Positions 1-8,206 of a stretch of 32,000 nucleotides of DNA are shown piece after piece. The notes beneath the pieces are model-generated. The model did not search any database and was not told where the DNA came from. It saw only the letters and a list, made by a program, of their open reading frames with translations. Positions within the stretch are counted from its first letter, which is position 1, and each line of letters starts with the position of its first letter. Origin of the DNA: Candidatus Harpocratesius repetitus (GTDB lineage Archaea > Asgardarchaeota > Lokiarchaeia > Sigyniarchaeales > Promethearchaeaceae); NCBI GenBank assembly GCA_021498095.1, contig JAIZWK010000001.1, positions 3,300,001-3,332,000 on the forward strand, in the 5' to 3' direction. A program made the translations under genes and the position numbers.

Positions 1-1326
1 CAAATCAATAGGACAAGCAGGATTTGCTGTTGGTGCAACCAGAGCATTAATTTGATATTCTGAGAGAAGTTTGTCGATACCATTAGTGCGTGTGGCTTGT
101 AAACATTTTTTTTTTAATGTTTTATATTCTTCTGAATTAAGATCTCCTTTTTCTTGAGCTTTTAGAAAAATTTCTTGACCGAAATAAGGTAAAATTTCAG
201 ATGCATGTTCTTTATTAAAGGAAATTAAGTCTGAAAGGGAATGAACTCGAATATTTGAAGGAAGATCATGCAAAAAACGATTAAGATCAGCTTTAAATTC
301 ATAAAGTAATAGTTCAAATTCCCATTCTTCTAATTCAGAAGGAAAATTAAAATTTACAGGATCAAAAATGACAGCTCCAGCTTGCTCCATTTTCTTAATC
401 GCTTGATCAAATAGTTCATCAACTAAATGGTTATATCCACAATAGTCTCGAACCACACCTAATCGAATTCCATGCAATCCTTGATCATCCAAAAAATCAG
501 TATAATCTCTTGGAATCTCATGTGGAATCTTACTTCCTAAACCAGCAGGATCCGATTGCATAATGTATTCGCTCGATTCTGCCATTACTGAAAGAAGAAT
601 TGCAGCATTTTCAACCGTTTGAGCCAAAGGACCCGCTGTATCTTGACGATGTGAAATTGGTATAATGCCCTCTTGACTAATCAATCCAACAGTTGGTTTT
701 ATTCCTACAACGGAATTAATATGAGCAGGACAAAGAATTGAACCATCTGTTTCTGTCCCTACAGCAGCAAGACAGTAATTTACAGCCACTGCTACAGCAG
801 ATCCTGAACTTGAACCGCAAGGAGTCCGATCTAGTACATAAGGATTCTTCGTTTGACGTCCAATGCTACTCCACCCACTACTTGAATGTGTACTACGAAA
901 ATTAGCCCATTCACTTAAATTTGCTTTGCCTAGTATAATTGCTCCGGCATTTCTAAGCTTTTCGACTAATTTCGCATCATAATTTCCATAATATTTAGCT
1001 AATGCTAACGAACCTCCTGTTGTTGGCATTTTATCTAGAGTTACAATATTATCTTTAATAATAATAGGAATTCCATGAAGAATTCCCTTAATACCCTTAG
1101 TTAAACGCTGTTGATCTAATTCTTCTGCGATTTTAATTGCAATTGGATTTATACTAAGGATTGCTCTTAATTCAGGATTTTTTTTATCTAACTGGGTTAT
1201 TTGTTTCAGTGAATGTTCTACCAACTGCTTGGCTGTTATCATTCCAACTCTCATTTTTGAGGAGATAGAACTTATACTTATACCATTTTTAATTCCATCA
1301 TTATTTTCTAATTTGAATTTATTCAT
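1..1326 (-). CDS. Amidase-signature family enzyme (GatA/amidase superfamily), 3' end runs off the window
   Basis: Absent from the ORF track; translated by hand from ATG at 1326. MNKFKLEN...LHGIPIIIKDNI (catalytic Lys), GKANLSEWANFRS, NPYVLDRTPCGSSSGSAVAV (signature), GTETDGSILCPA (nucleophile Ser), GIKPTVGLIS..GIIPISHRQDTAGP. Confidence 0.92.
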   Translation of the reverse strand, partial: MNKFKLENNDGIKNGISISSISSKMRVGMITAKQLVEHSLKQITQLDKKNPELRAILSINPIAIKIAEELDQQRLTKGIKGILHGIPIIIKDNIVTLDKMPTTGGSLALAKYYGNYDAKLVEKLRNAGAIILGKANLSEWANFRSTHSSSGWSSIGRQTKNPYVLDRTPCGSSSGSAVAVAVNYCLAAVGTETDGSILCPAHINSVVGIKPTVGLISQEGIIPISHRQDTAGPLAQTVENAAILLSVMAESSEYIMQSDPAGLGSKIPHEIPRDYTDFLDDQGLHGIRLGVVRDYCGYNHLVDELFDQAIKKMEQAGAVIFDPVNFNFPSELEEWEFELLLYEFKADLNRFLHDLPSNIRVHSLSDLISFNKEHASEILPYFGQEIFLKAQEKGDLNSEEYKTLKKKCLQATRTNGIDKLLSEYQINALVAPTANPACPIDL

Positions 1327-1455
1327 TTCTATAATATTTTCTCCACTAGTTATTATATTTTTTACATTTTATTAAATTCAAAAACATTATTAGGGGATAG
1401 AACTAAATGAAAAATAATTCTTTTAAATAAGAATATAGTAAGGATTGATAAAATC

Positions 1456-1905
1456 ATGAGTCAAAAAAATATTGAAGATTATCAAGCTGAAATTAAAAAA
1501 ATAGAAGAAAAAATTACAGCATTAAAAGAAGAATATCAGAAGAAACAAGAAGAACAAGCAGCAAATGCTAAAAATAAATTAGAAGAGATTGAAAACACTA
1601 AAGGAAAAGAAGTTCAAAATCTTGAAACTGACATGCATACTAAAAACGAAACCTTAGAACGTGCAATGGAAGCATTAAAAAAAGCGAAAGAAGAATTTCA
1701 AGCAGCAAAAGAAACACATAAAATTTCGCTTAAAGAATATGAAAAAGTTAAAAAAGAATTAACAAAAGAACAAGAAACAGCTGAAAAAACCTTAAATAAA
1801 GAATTAAACAACTTAATTAAAGAACAGAAAAGTAAAATTAAGGAATTAGAGAAAAAAATAAAAGCTGAAGAAAAGGCAATTGCAAAAGCAAATCAAGCCA
1901 GCTAA
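1456..1905 (+). CDS. Hypothetical all-coiled-coil protein (149 aa, Lys/Glu-rich)
   Basis: Long ORF with continuous heptad-like K/E/L pattern and an upstream AGGA; no recognisable domain. Confidence 0.75.
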   Translation: MSQKNIEDYQAEIKKIEEKITALKEEYQKKQEEQAANAKNKLEEIENTKGKEVQNLETDMHTKNETLERAMEALKKAKEEFQAAKETHKISLKEYEKVKKELTKEQETAEKTLNKELNNLIKEQKSKIKELEKKIKAEEKAIAKANQAS

Positions 1906-2044
1906 AAACTCGATTATACTTTGAAATATCCATTTTTTTATTTCTTTTTAAAAATTATTATTGATTATTAAGATATTTAGGCGAATATACTAATATATTT
2001 AGTCGATGAGATGAAAGTGTTGTATAATTCTGCAATTCTAATAA

Positions 2045-2353
2045 TTATGAAAGATTTTTATGACATTGACATGGATTCTTGCCACATTTTAGACAATAAC
2101 CAGGATATTTTTTGAGAACAGCTTGATCTAATGAAATATCCATTAAATTTGCAAGAGATGCACTCCATGCTAAAATATCAGCCAATTCTTCAGCAACTGC
2201 TACCTTATTTATCAATTTCGGCGCTTTTTTTAATTCAGCCATTAATTCTCCGATTTCTTCACCCAACCATAATGCAGTCCTATGAAGACCCCGTTGCGAA
2301 TCAAAATGAAAGTAGAGATCTTTCATCAGCTTCTGAAATTCTTTGATTTCCAT
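2045..2353 (-). CDS. MazG-like nucleotide pyrophosphohydrolase with C-terminal Cys cluster
   Basis: EEIGEL and EELAD.LAW acidic helices of the all-alpha NTP-PPase fold; C-terminal CLKCGKNPCQC as in archaeal MazG-like proteins. Confidence 0.85.
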   Translation of the reverse strand: MEIKEFQKLMKDLYFHFDSQRGLHRTALWLGEEIGELMAELKKAPKLINKVAVAEELADILAWSASLANLMDISLDQAVLKKYPGYCLKCGKNPCQCHKNLS

Positions 2354-2523
2354 AATACTTAGTTAAAATAAATAGAGATTTCATTAAAGATTTTAGTTAT
2401 TAACTACTTTAATAAAAATCAATTTCACAACTAAGAGATTACATAAAATCAAATGAATAGGAAAAAAGAAATTAAATAGATATGAATTTGTTAAATAAAC
2501 AATTAATTTTGGTTGATCTTAAA

Positions 2524-2730
2524 TTAAAACAACCAATTGAATACACCTACATGCATAAGTATTACAACGACAATCAATACTCCTGCCAATACTAATGTAG
2601 TAACTGGGGAGAACTTAATGCCATTTGAAGCATCTTGATAGAACCGGATCAAACCAGCTCCACCTGAAGGCATTGGGGTTTCACTTGATCTTCGTTTACT
2701 TCTCGAGCTACGATTAGATTTTTTAGCCAT
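2524..2730 (-). CDS. secG: Preprotein translocase subunit Sec61beta/SecG
   Basis: Basic N-terminus, GAGLIRFY motif, then K-x-S-P and one C-terminal TM helix: the Sec61beta pattern. Confidence 0.9.
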   Translation of the reverse strand: MAKKSNRSSRSKRRSSETPMPSGGAGLIRFYQDASNGIKFSPVTTLVLAGVLIVVVILMHVGVFNWLF

Positions 2731-2905
2731 TAATTATTTGAATGGAATCCTTAAGAAAAAACTTTTGATTTGATCCATTGTGAATGCATAAAATTCGAGT
2801 ATGGTTTGAAAAACCTTAAAAAAAAAAATGAACCATCTCTTTTATTTAAACGCGTAAATTATCACTCTTAGATTATTAATCGCAGAAATAAAAGGTATAC
2901 CAAGC

Positions 2906-4729
2906 ATGTTGCGACAAAAAACACTCTTTAAATTTGTCTTTTTCGGTGGCCTTCTGCTTCTCTTCTTGACCCCATTTATTGCCACGGGATCTACTTTATA
3001 CGAGCAGCAACCAAGTGCCCAAAATATTATAAATGCACCTTCAAGCGCCACCGGGGTTGATTCAAATATTTATATCCGAAATTTCACTCGAATAATTTCT
3101 ATAAATGAAAGTGGTTTTATCACCTATGAAGATTCCTATATATTCGTAAATGATGGGCCAAATACTCATTTTAGTCTTCCTATCGGACTAACTGAACAAG
3201 AAGCTGAAGAAATAATTTATTATCAAGCGTATGATCAAAATATGGGTCCACTTACGGCTCAACTGTCCAATTTAAAGCTAAATCAAACGAATATTTTAGA
3301 AGTTCTATTGACTGAACCTTTAAAACCTTATTCTGAAATAGTTATCAATATTAAAATTAGCATAAAAGGATTTATTAATTATCAAAGTACATTTGGACGG
3401 TTTGTTGTCTATCTTCAATTAGCACCACGTTCTCCATTTTATATCGATACATATGAAACTGAAGCTCACGTTCCATATACGGCACAGAATGTTCAAGTAT
3501 CTGATAATTCAAATTATGTTGGTCCTCTGGATGGAGATTTGGCAAATGTTCATAAATTTTATCCAGGAAGCGCTAATCCTTTTTCAGATATCTATAATAC
3601 AATTATTTTTACAGATACAGATGCCAAAATAATCCAGATTAACCAAATCGACAGGACAATTACAGTAAATCCATGGGGATACATTCGAGTTGTTGAAAAT
3701 CATCAAATCCAAAGTTTTACAAATGGTTATGTTACTGAAGTTAAATTTTCTTTACCAGAAGGATATTCAAATTTGAAAGTTTATGATGATTTAGGTGATA
3801 TTAAGGATATAAAACCAGCAAGTACAACCAATTCTAAAAGAATGGTAGATATTACAGTTCAATTCATAATTAACCGTGCACCTCTTCAATATGCTCAGAA
3901 AATGGATTATACAGTCTCATATTATTTGGATTTTGACAAATACTTTTCAAATCACTTTGGAGAAAAAAATTTTGCTATCGATCTCTATCCATTAAAAACT
4001 AATTATTTAACAATTAAAGTAAATACGCGGGTAGAACTTGAAAATGCAAGACAAATTGAACGAATAAGTCTAGATGCAGAACAAATTGTAGAAACTGCAG
4101 AAGGAATTATCATTGAAACAACTGATACATACATTACTCCTTATCACAACTTTCATTTTGATGTTACTTATAAAATTAACAGCTTTTTAATGATTGATCG
4201 TGCTATTATTTTCAGTTTACTCTTTATTGCAATTGGAGCATTATACGTAGTTAATGCTTCTCGAAAAGAAAGAACAGAAGATATTGTTATCAGTGCCACT
4301 TCAATACCGATTAAAGAACTTCAAGAATTTGTTACCCTCTATGAAGAAAAGAATGCTATTACGATTGAATTAGATTCATTAGAAAAGAACTACTTAAAAC
4401 GAAAAGTTCAGAAAAAAGCTTATGTTCGTGAAGAAAAAACATTAAGTACAAAATTGAAAAAGCTCGAAGAAGAACTATTACCATTCAAAAAAGAATTACT
4501 TGAATCTGCTACTGCTGTTGCCAATGTTATACAAAAATTGGATTATTTAGAAGCAGAGAAGATTTCATTAAAAGATAGCATCCGGAACCTTAACAACCGT
4601 TATCGCAAAGGAAAATTACCTTCAAAAGCTGCTTATGATAAGCTTTCACGCGATTTTGAAAAGAAATTAGAAAGTGCACAGCGTAAAATAGATCGTAATA
4701 TTAATGAATTACGTAGCTACCTTATATAA
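2906..4729 (+). CDS. ost1: Ribophorin I (OST1/RPN1)-like oligosaccharyltransferase accessory subunit
   Basis: Signal peptide and two repeated beta-rich lumenal domains (RIISINESGFITYED; RTITVNPWGYIRVVEN, compare ribophorin I R.IEVSHWG...VEE). One TM at about aa 433-450, then a helical cytosolic tail. Confidence 0.75.
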   Translation: MLRQKTLFKFVFFGGLLLLFLTPFIATGSTLYEQQPSAQNIINAPSSATGVDSNIYIRNFTRIISINESGFITYEDSYIFVNDGPNTHFSLPIGLTEQEAEEIIYYQAYDQNMGPLTAQLSNLKLNQTNILEVLLTEPLKPYSEIVINIKISIKGFINYQSTFGRFVVYLQLAPRSPFYIDTYETEAHVPYTAQNVQVSDNSNYVGPLDGDLANVHKFYPGSANPFSDIYNTIIFTDTDAKIIQINQIDRTITVNPWGYIRVVENHQIQSFTNGYVTEVKFSLPEGYSNLKVYDDLGDIKDIKPASTTNSKRMVDITVQFIINRAPLQYAQKMDYTVSYYLDFDKYFSNHFGEKNFAIDLYPLKTNYLTIKVNTRVELENARQIERISLDAEQIVETAEGIIIETTDTYITPYHNFHFDVTYKINSFLMIDRAIIFSLLFIAIGALYVVNASRKERTEDIVISATSIPIKELQEFVTLYEEKNAITIELDSLEKNYLKRKVQKKAYVREEKTLSTKLKKLEEELLPFKKELLESATAVANVIQKLDYLEAEKISLKDSIRNLNNRYRKGKLPSKAAYDKLSRDFEKKLESAQRKIDRNINELRSYLI

Positions 4730-4900
4730 TCTATGTAACTTTCTCATTTACTTTACATTTTTTTTCAATTTCTTTCATCCATCTATTTTTCCTTAATAAT
4801 TTCTATTTTGTTTATTTTAATTCGATTTATTTTTATCTAAATTCACTTTTCTATTATGAATAATCTTTTTCTTTTTGGTATTCTTTACATTTTTGAACTT

Positions 4901-5521
4901 ATGAAATTATGGCTACTGGAAATTTTGGCATGTCCAATTGATAAAAGTTATCCGTTGGAATTTACAATCCTTTCTTGGAATGATCCAGAATCCACTCATT
5001 CAAAAATTAAAAATTTATTACTTAATTATCCTTCAGGAAATGTGCTTTTTGAAGAGATGTCAAGCCCTATTCATTATGAACAATCAGATTCTACAGGAGA
5101 ATGGATAATTTCTGATGATCTTATAATTAAACCCTTTCCATTCGAACAATATATTCAACAATTATTAGAGAAAATTAAAGAATTAGAAGTTGTTCATGAC
5201 GCTGGTTTGAAAGAAGGAGAAGAATTACTTAACTTCATCCGTTCAGAAATTAAAACCAAATTAGAAGATGCATTCAAAAAAATAAAGCAAAAAATTGAAA
5301 TTCCTGCAATTATTAAGACAATTCTTCCCGATTTAGAATTATTAAATCTCTATAAATATCATTTAGAAATTGAAGATGCTGTAATTGTTTGTCCCAAGTG
5401 CCACCGTTGGTTTCCAGTGTTTGATGCAATTCCACAATTACTTCCAGATGCTCTTAGAAAAAGTGAAGAAGATGATTTATTTAAAAAAAAATGGAATCAT
5501 CAATTTGAATTTCCTAATTAA
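4901..5521 (+). CDS. trm112: Trm112-like methyltransferase activator with large internal insertion
   Basis: MKLWLLEILACPIDK.YPL at the N-terminus and IVCPKCHRWFPVFDAIPQLLP at the C-terminus are the two halves of the Trm112 Zn-knuckle domain. Start moved from 4856 to ATG 4901. Confidence 0.8.
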   Translation: MKLWLLEILACPIDKSYPLEFTILSWNDPESTHSKIKNLLLNYPSGNVLFEEMSSPIHYEQSDSTGEWIISDDLIIKPFPFEQYIQQLLEKIKELEVVHDAGLKEGEELLNFIRSEIKTKLEDAFKKIKQKIEIPAIIKTILPDLELLNLYKYHLEIEDAVIVCPKCHRWFPVFDAIPQLLPDALRKSEEDDLFKKKWNHQFEFPN

Positions 5522-5580
5522 ATTTATTTCATAAAATTAACATTCTTCTTAGTTATCTTTTATTTTTATATATATCTATA

Positions 5581-6282
5581 TCATAGATCAAGAATTTCTC
5601 CCCATAATAATTTGATATTTTGCTCTTCTGCTATCCGAATAAGTTCAGAATTAATCCTAATTGCAGCAAAAATCAATTTAGTTGGAGTTTTCTTGTAAAT
5701 ATGAGTATATAGTTTTACATTAAGTAAAAAGTGAGCAATATCATCTGCATTACCAGTTGCTTTAAGCTCTATCAAGCAAACATCTCCATTTTCCATTATT
5801 ATATCAATATCAGTTCGATATCCAGGATAAAATACAGCACCTTCTTTATCTATCAATGTAACGGATTCAATAGTGTCGGGATCAATATTCTTCAATTTCA
5901 ATGTTGTTTTAAGTAAATCCCTTGTTAAAATTTCTATTGCTTTTCCTTCTTTAGATTCTATTCGAGCGATATCTAATTTTAATGATTTAAGTAATTCAGA
6001 TTGTTGATCAAATTTTTTATTCATAGATGTAATTAAATCAGTAATATGCAGATCCATTTTCTCAAAGCGCTGGTTAATTTTTTCAAAGCGCTGGTCAATT
6101 TTTTCAAAGCGCTGGTCAATTTTTTCAAAGCGTTGGTCCATTTCAGCAATAAGATCTCGGATATCTTCTCGTGTTGCAACTACACCAGATAAAGCAGTTA
6201 TTATTGCTCCTTTTACAGCATCGTCTTCACGAATTAATTGTGGTAAAATTTCTTTAAAGAAATGTAGATCAAATTCAGGCAT
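5581..6282 (-). CDS. Coiled-coil repeat plus PD-(D/E)XK nuclease-fold protein (DUF3782/DUF1626-like)
   Basis: N-terminal (D/N)QRFEK(I/M) heptads; C-terminal TDIDII...CLIELKA motif. Probable start ATG 6282 (MPEFDL). Confidence 0.7.
   Translation of the reverse strand: MPEFDLHFFKEILPQLIREDDAVKGAIITALSGVVATREDIRDLIAEMDQRFEKIDQRFEKIDQRFEKINQRFEKMDLHITDLITSMNKKFDQQSELLKSLKLDIARIESKEGKAIEILTRDLLKTTLKLKNIDPDTIESVTLIDKEGAVFYPGYRTDIDIIMENGDVCLIELKATGNADDIAHFLLNVKLYTHIYKKTPTKLIFAAIRINSELIRIAEEQNIKLLWGEILDL
6056..6141. repeat. In-frame 21-bp tandem repeat, about 4 units (TCAAAGCGCTGGTCAATTTTT), encoding DQRFEKI heptads
   Basis: Units start at 6062, 6083, 6104 and 6125, with few substitutions each. Confidence 0.95.
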
Positions 6283-6373
6283 TCTATCATTATTATGGTA
6301 TTTTTTATTAATAAAGATCTTTAAAAAAAAATTCATTTTAATAATATCTTCAAAATCTGGTAATATGTATATT

Positions 6374-6982
6374 CTAAGCGGACTCTTTAGTTAATTTTCT
6401 ACCTATTATCTCTAAAACTCCAAAAAATCCGAATCCAAATGTAAGCGCACTTAAAATCATAATAAATCCAGCAATAGTTTTAGTCGTTTCTGAAAAATGT
6501 TGAATAGATTCTCCCACTAAAATTAAAAATAAACCAATTCCCATTCCTAAACTTTTATAATCAGAGCGCCTTCGAAAGATCAATAAAAATAACCAGACAG
6601 TCATTAATGTAATAATCGTTGCTAAAATTGTGAATAAATGATATTGCGGAATAATGTAATGTACTACTGTTATTAGAATAACTCCAAGAGTAACAGTAAT
6701 ATTCACCCATTTTTTTAATTCTAAGACTTTACTTGAAAATAAAAATAGTATTAATATACTAATCACACTGACCAAAAATGCAATTTGAAAAACAATATTT
6801 TCAATTCCAAAAATTAAGGTGAAGAATAAAGTTATCCAACCAATACCAGCCGAAGTGAAGAAGACAATTAAATATAGACTGAGAATATTGTTATTATTCA
6901 TATATTTTAAGACTAGCTGCCCATCTATTATTATAAACATTAAGCCGATTATTAAAAAACCCGCCGCATATACTAAGTTCAT
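6374..6982 (-). CDS. Hypothetical polytopic membrane protein (about 7 TM, 202 aa)
   Basis: About seven hydrophobic segments with short loops; GGAG upstream of ATG. Confidence 0.8.
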   Translation of the reverse strand: MNLVYAAGFLIIGLMFIIIDGQLVLKYMNNNNILSLYLIVFFTSAGIGWITLFFTLIFGIENIVFQIAFLVSVISILILFLFSSKVLELKKWVNITVTLGVILITVVHYIIPQYHLFTILATIITLMTVWLFLLIFRRRSDYKSLGMGIGLFLILVGESIQHFSETTKTIAGFIMILSALTFGFGFFGVLEIIGRKLTKESA

Positions 6983-7112
6983 GATTTAGCACACTCCAAT
7001 AATTTATTTGTGACAATTTTTTATACATTTAAAAAAAATTCATATTCTTTTTGTGCTTATATTTCAAAGTTTTTGGTGATGAATTTTATAAACATCATAA
7101 ATCACCAGCACA

Positions 7113-7532
7113 TTACCAAATTCCATCTACTACATGGGTTTTATCAGAAAAAAAATTATCTATATCCTTTGAAAATACTTCAAATTGTTGAATATTCCCT
7201 CCATTAAATCCTTTCAACATTTTCTTTCCAAATTTTTTTTCAAACATCTTATAAAGTGTCTTTAAGATGTTTCTAAGATGTTTCTCTTTTTGAATTGATT
7301 CAGTCAAACCAATTACAATTATTTTCGTTTCGAGATCTCTATAAAATATCAAAAATTTGTTTCCAAGATTCAGAGAAGTAATGCTCTGTTTTGAAGTAAA
7401 TTCAGTAAATTGATTAATCGCAGTAAGAAATCCTCCAAATAATTCCACAGATTCGGCTGTTGCATTATTAACTGTATGATATAAAACCAAGCCTGCTTCG
7501 TTTATTATCCAGATTTCATTGAATTCACGCAT
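7113..7532 (-). CDS. Stand-alone longin-like domain protein
   Basis: beta-beta (IWIINEAGLVLY), alpha (LFGGFLTAINQF), three strands, then alpha-alpha (LRNILKTLYKMFEKKF; FEVFSKDIDNFF): the longin topology common in Asgard proteins. Confidence 0.65.
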   Translation of the reverse strand: MREFNEIWIINEAGLVLYHTVNNATAESVELFGGFLTAINQFTEFTSKQSITSLNLGNKFLIFYRDLETKIIVIGLTESIQKEKHLRNILKTLYKMFEKKFGKKMLKGFNGGNIQQFEVFSKDIDNFFSDKTHVVDGIW

Positions 7533-7937
7533 TGAATACTATCCTCTCAAAAAATCACGTTTGTTTGTTGTTTTTCACTTGTTGTGTTTTATTAATAGAC
7601 TGAAAAATGTGCAAAAAAAAAGCACATATTAATTGATATTATTATATGCAAATATAAGATTATAAAACTTTTGACAATAATTCACAATAACCTTTCCGTT
7701 GGTTAACAATTACTATTCATGCATATAGAGAATTTCAGTTCTTTACATAAAAATTAAAAATTCTGCTGCAATGGCACAAATTATTTATTTTCTCTTATAT
7801 AATAATTCTTTTTATACGCAAAAGTCCATTTTTATTTTTTTCCCTTTTTGGTTCATCCATTTACCACACTCTCTCAGTCTATCATGTGTTTATTTCATAA
7901 ACTTTTTTTATGATTCTTCACTTACATAATTACAGCC

Positions 7938-8027
7938 AGCCCCTTAGTGTAGTGGCCAAATATCCTAGGCTAAGCATCGCGGGCCTTGACCCCGCTGACG
8001 TAGGTTCGAATCCTGCAGGGGCTACCA
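7938..8027 (+). tRNA. tRNA-Gln(UUG) with 14-nt D-loop intron and encoded CCA
   Basis: Acceptor AGCCCCT/AGGGGCT (A1-U72, archaeal Gln identity), D stem GTGT/GCAT, anticodon stem GCGGG/CCCGC with loop CCTTGAC (TTG at 7986-7988), T arm GTAGG-TTCGAAT-CCTGC, ACCA end. Confidence 0.93.
7960..7973 (+). other. tRNA intron at position 21/22 with bulge-helix-bulge motif
   Basis: GGCC/GGCT 4-bp central helix with 3-nt bulges AAA and AAG. Cutting after the second bulge base removes ATATCCTAGGCTAA and restores the canonical D loop AGTGGCCAA-GCAT. Confidence 0.88.
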
Positions 8028-8206
8028 TATTTCTGTTCTTATTTTTATTAGACTTTACTAATCAACCTAACGCTACTAAAAAAAGATTTCAAATTGGAAT
8101 AATTTTCAGATGTTTTAATGAAAATATGATGAAAAATGTATCTATCGAATTCAATTCATCAAAAAAAAAAATTCGATTTTGAGTTGATGCAATAAAATTA
8201 TATCTT

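Noticed and set aside
1-1326. Amidase as GatA of GatCAB given the nearby tRNA-Gln
   Set aside because: Motifs (SEWANFRS, GWSS.G.QT.NPY, ETDGSI) fit the general amidase subgroup, and no gatB/gatC is adjacent.
6056-6141. 21-bp repeats as a CRISPR array
   Set aside because: No spacers, in-frame within a CDS, and no cas genes.
7938-8027. tRNA as integration site of a genomic island
   Set aside because: No duplicated tRNA 3' end and no integrase in the window; eS30 lies 4 kb downstream.
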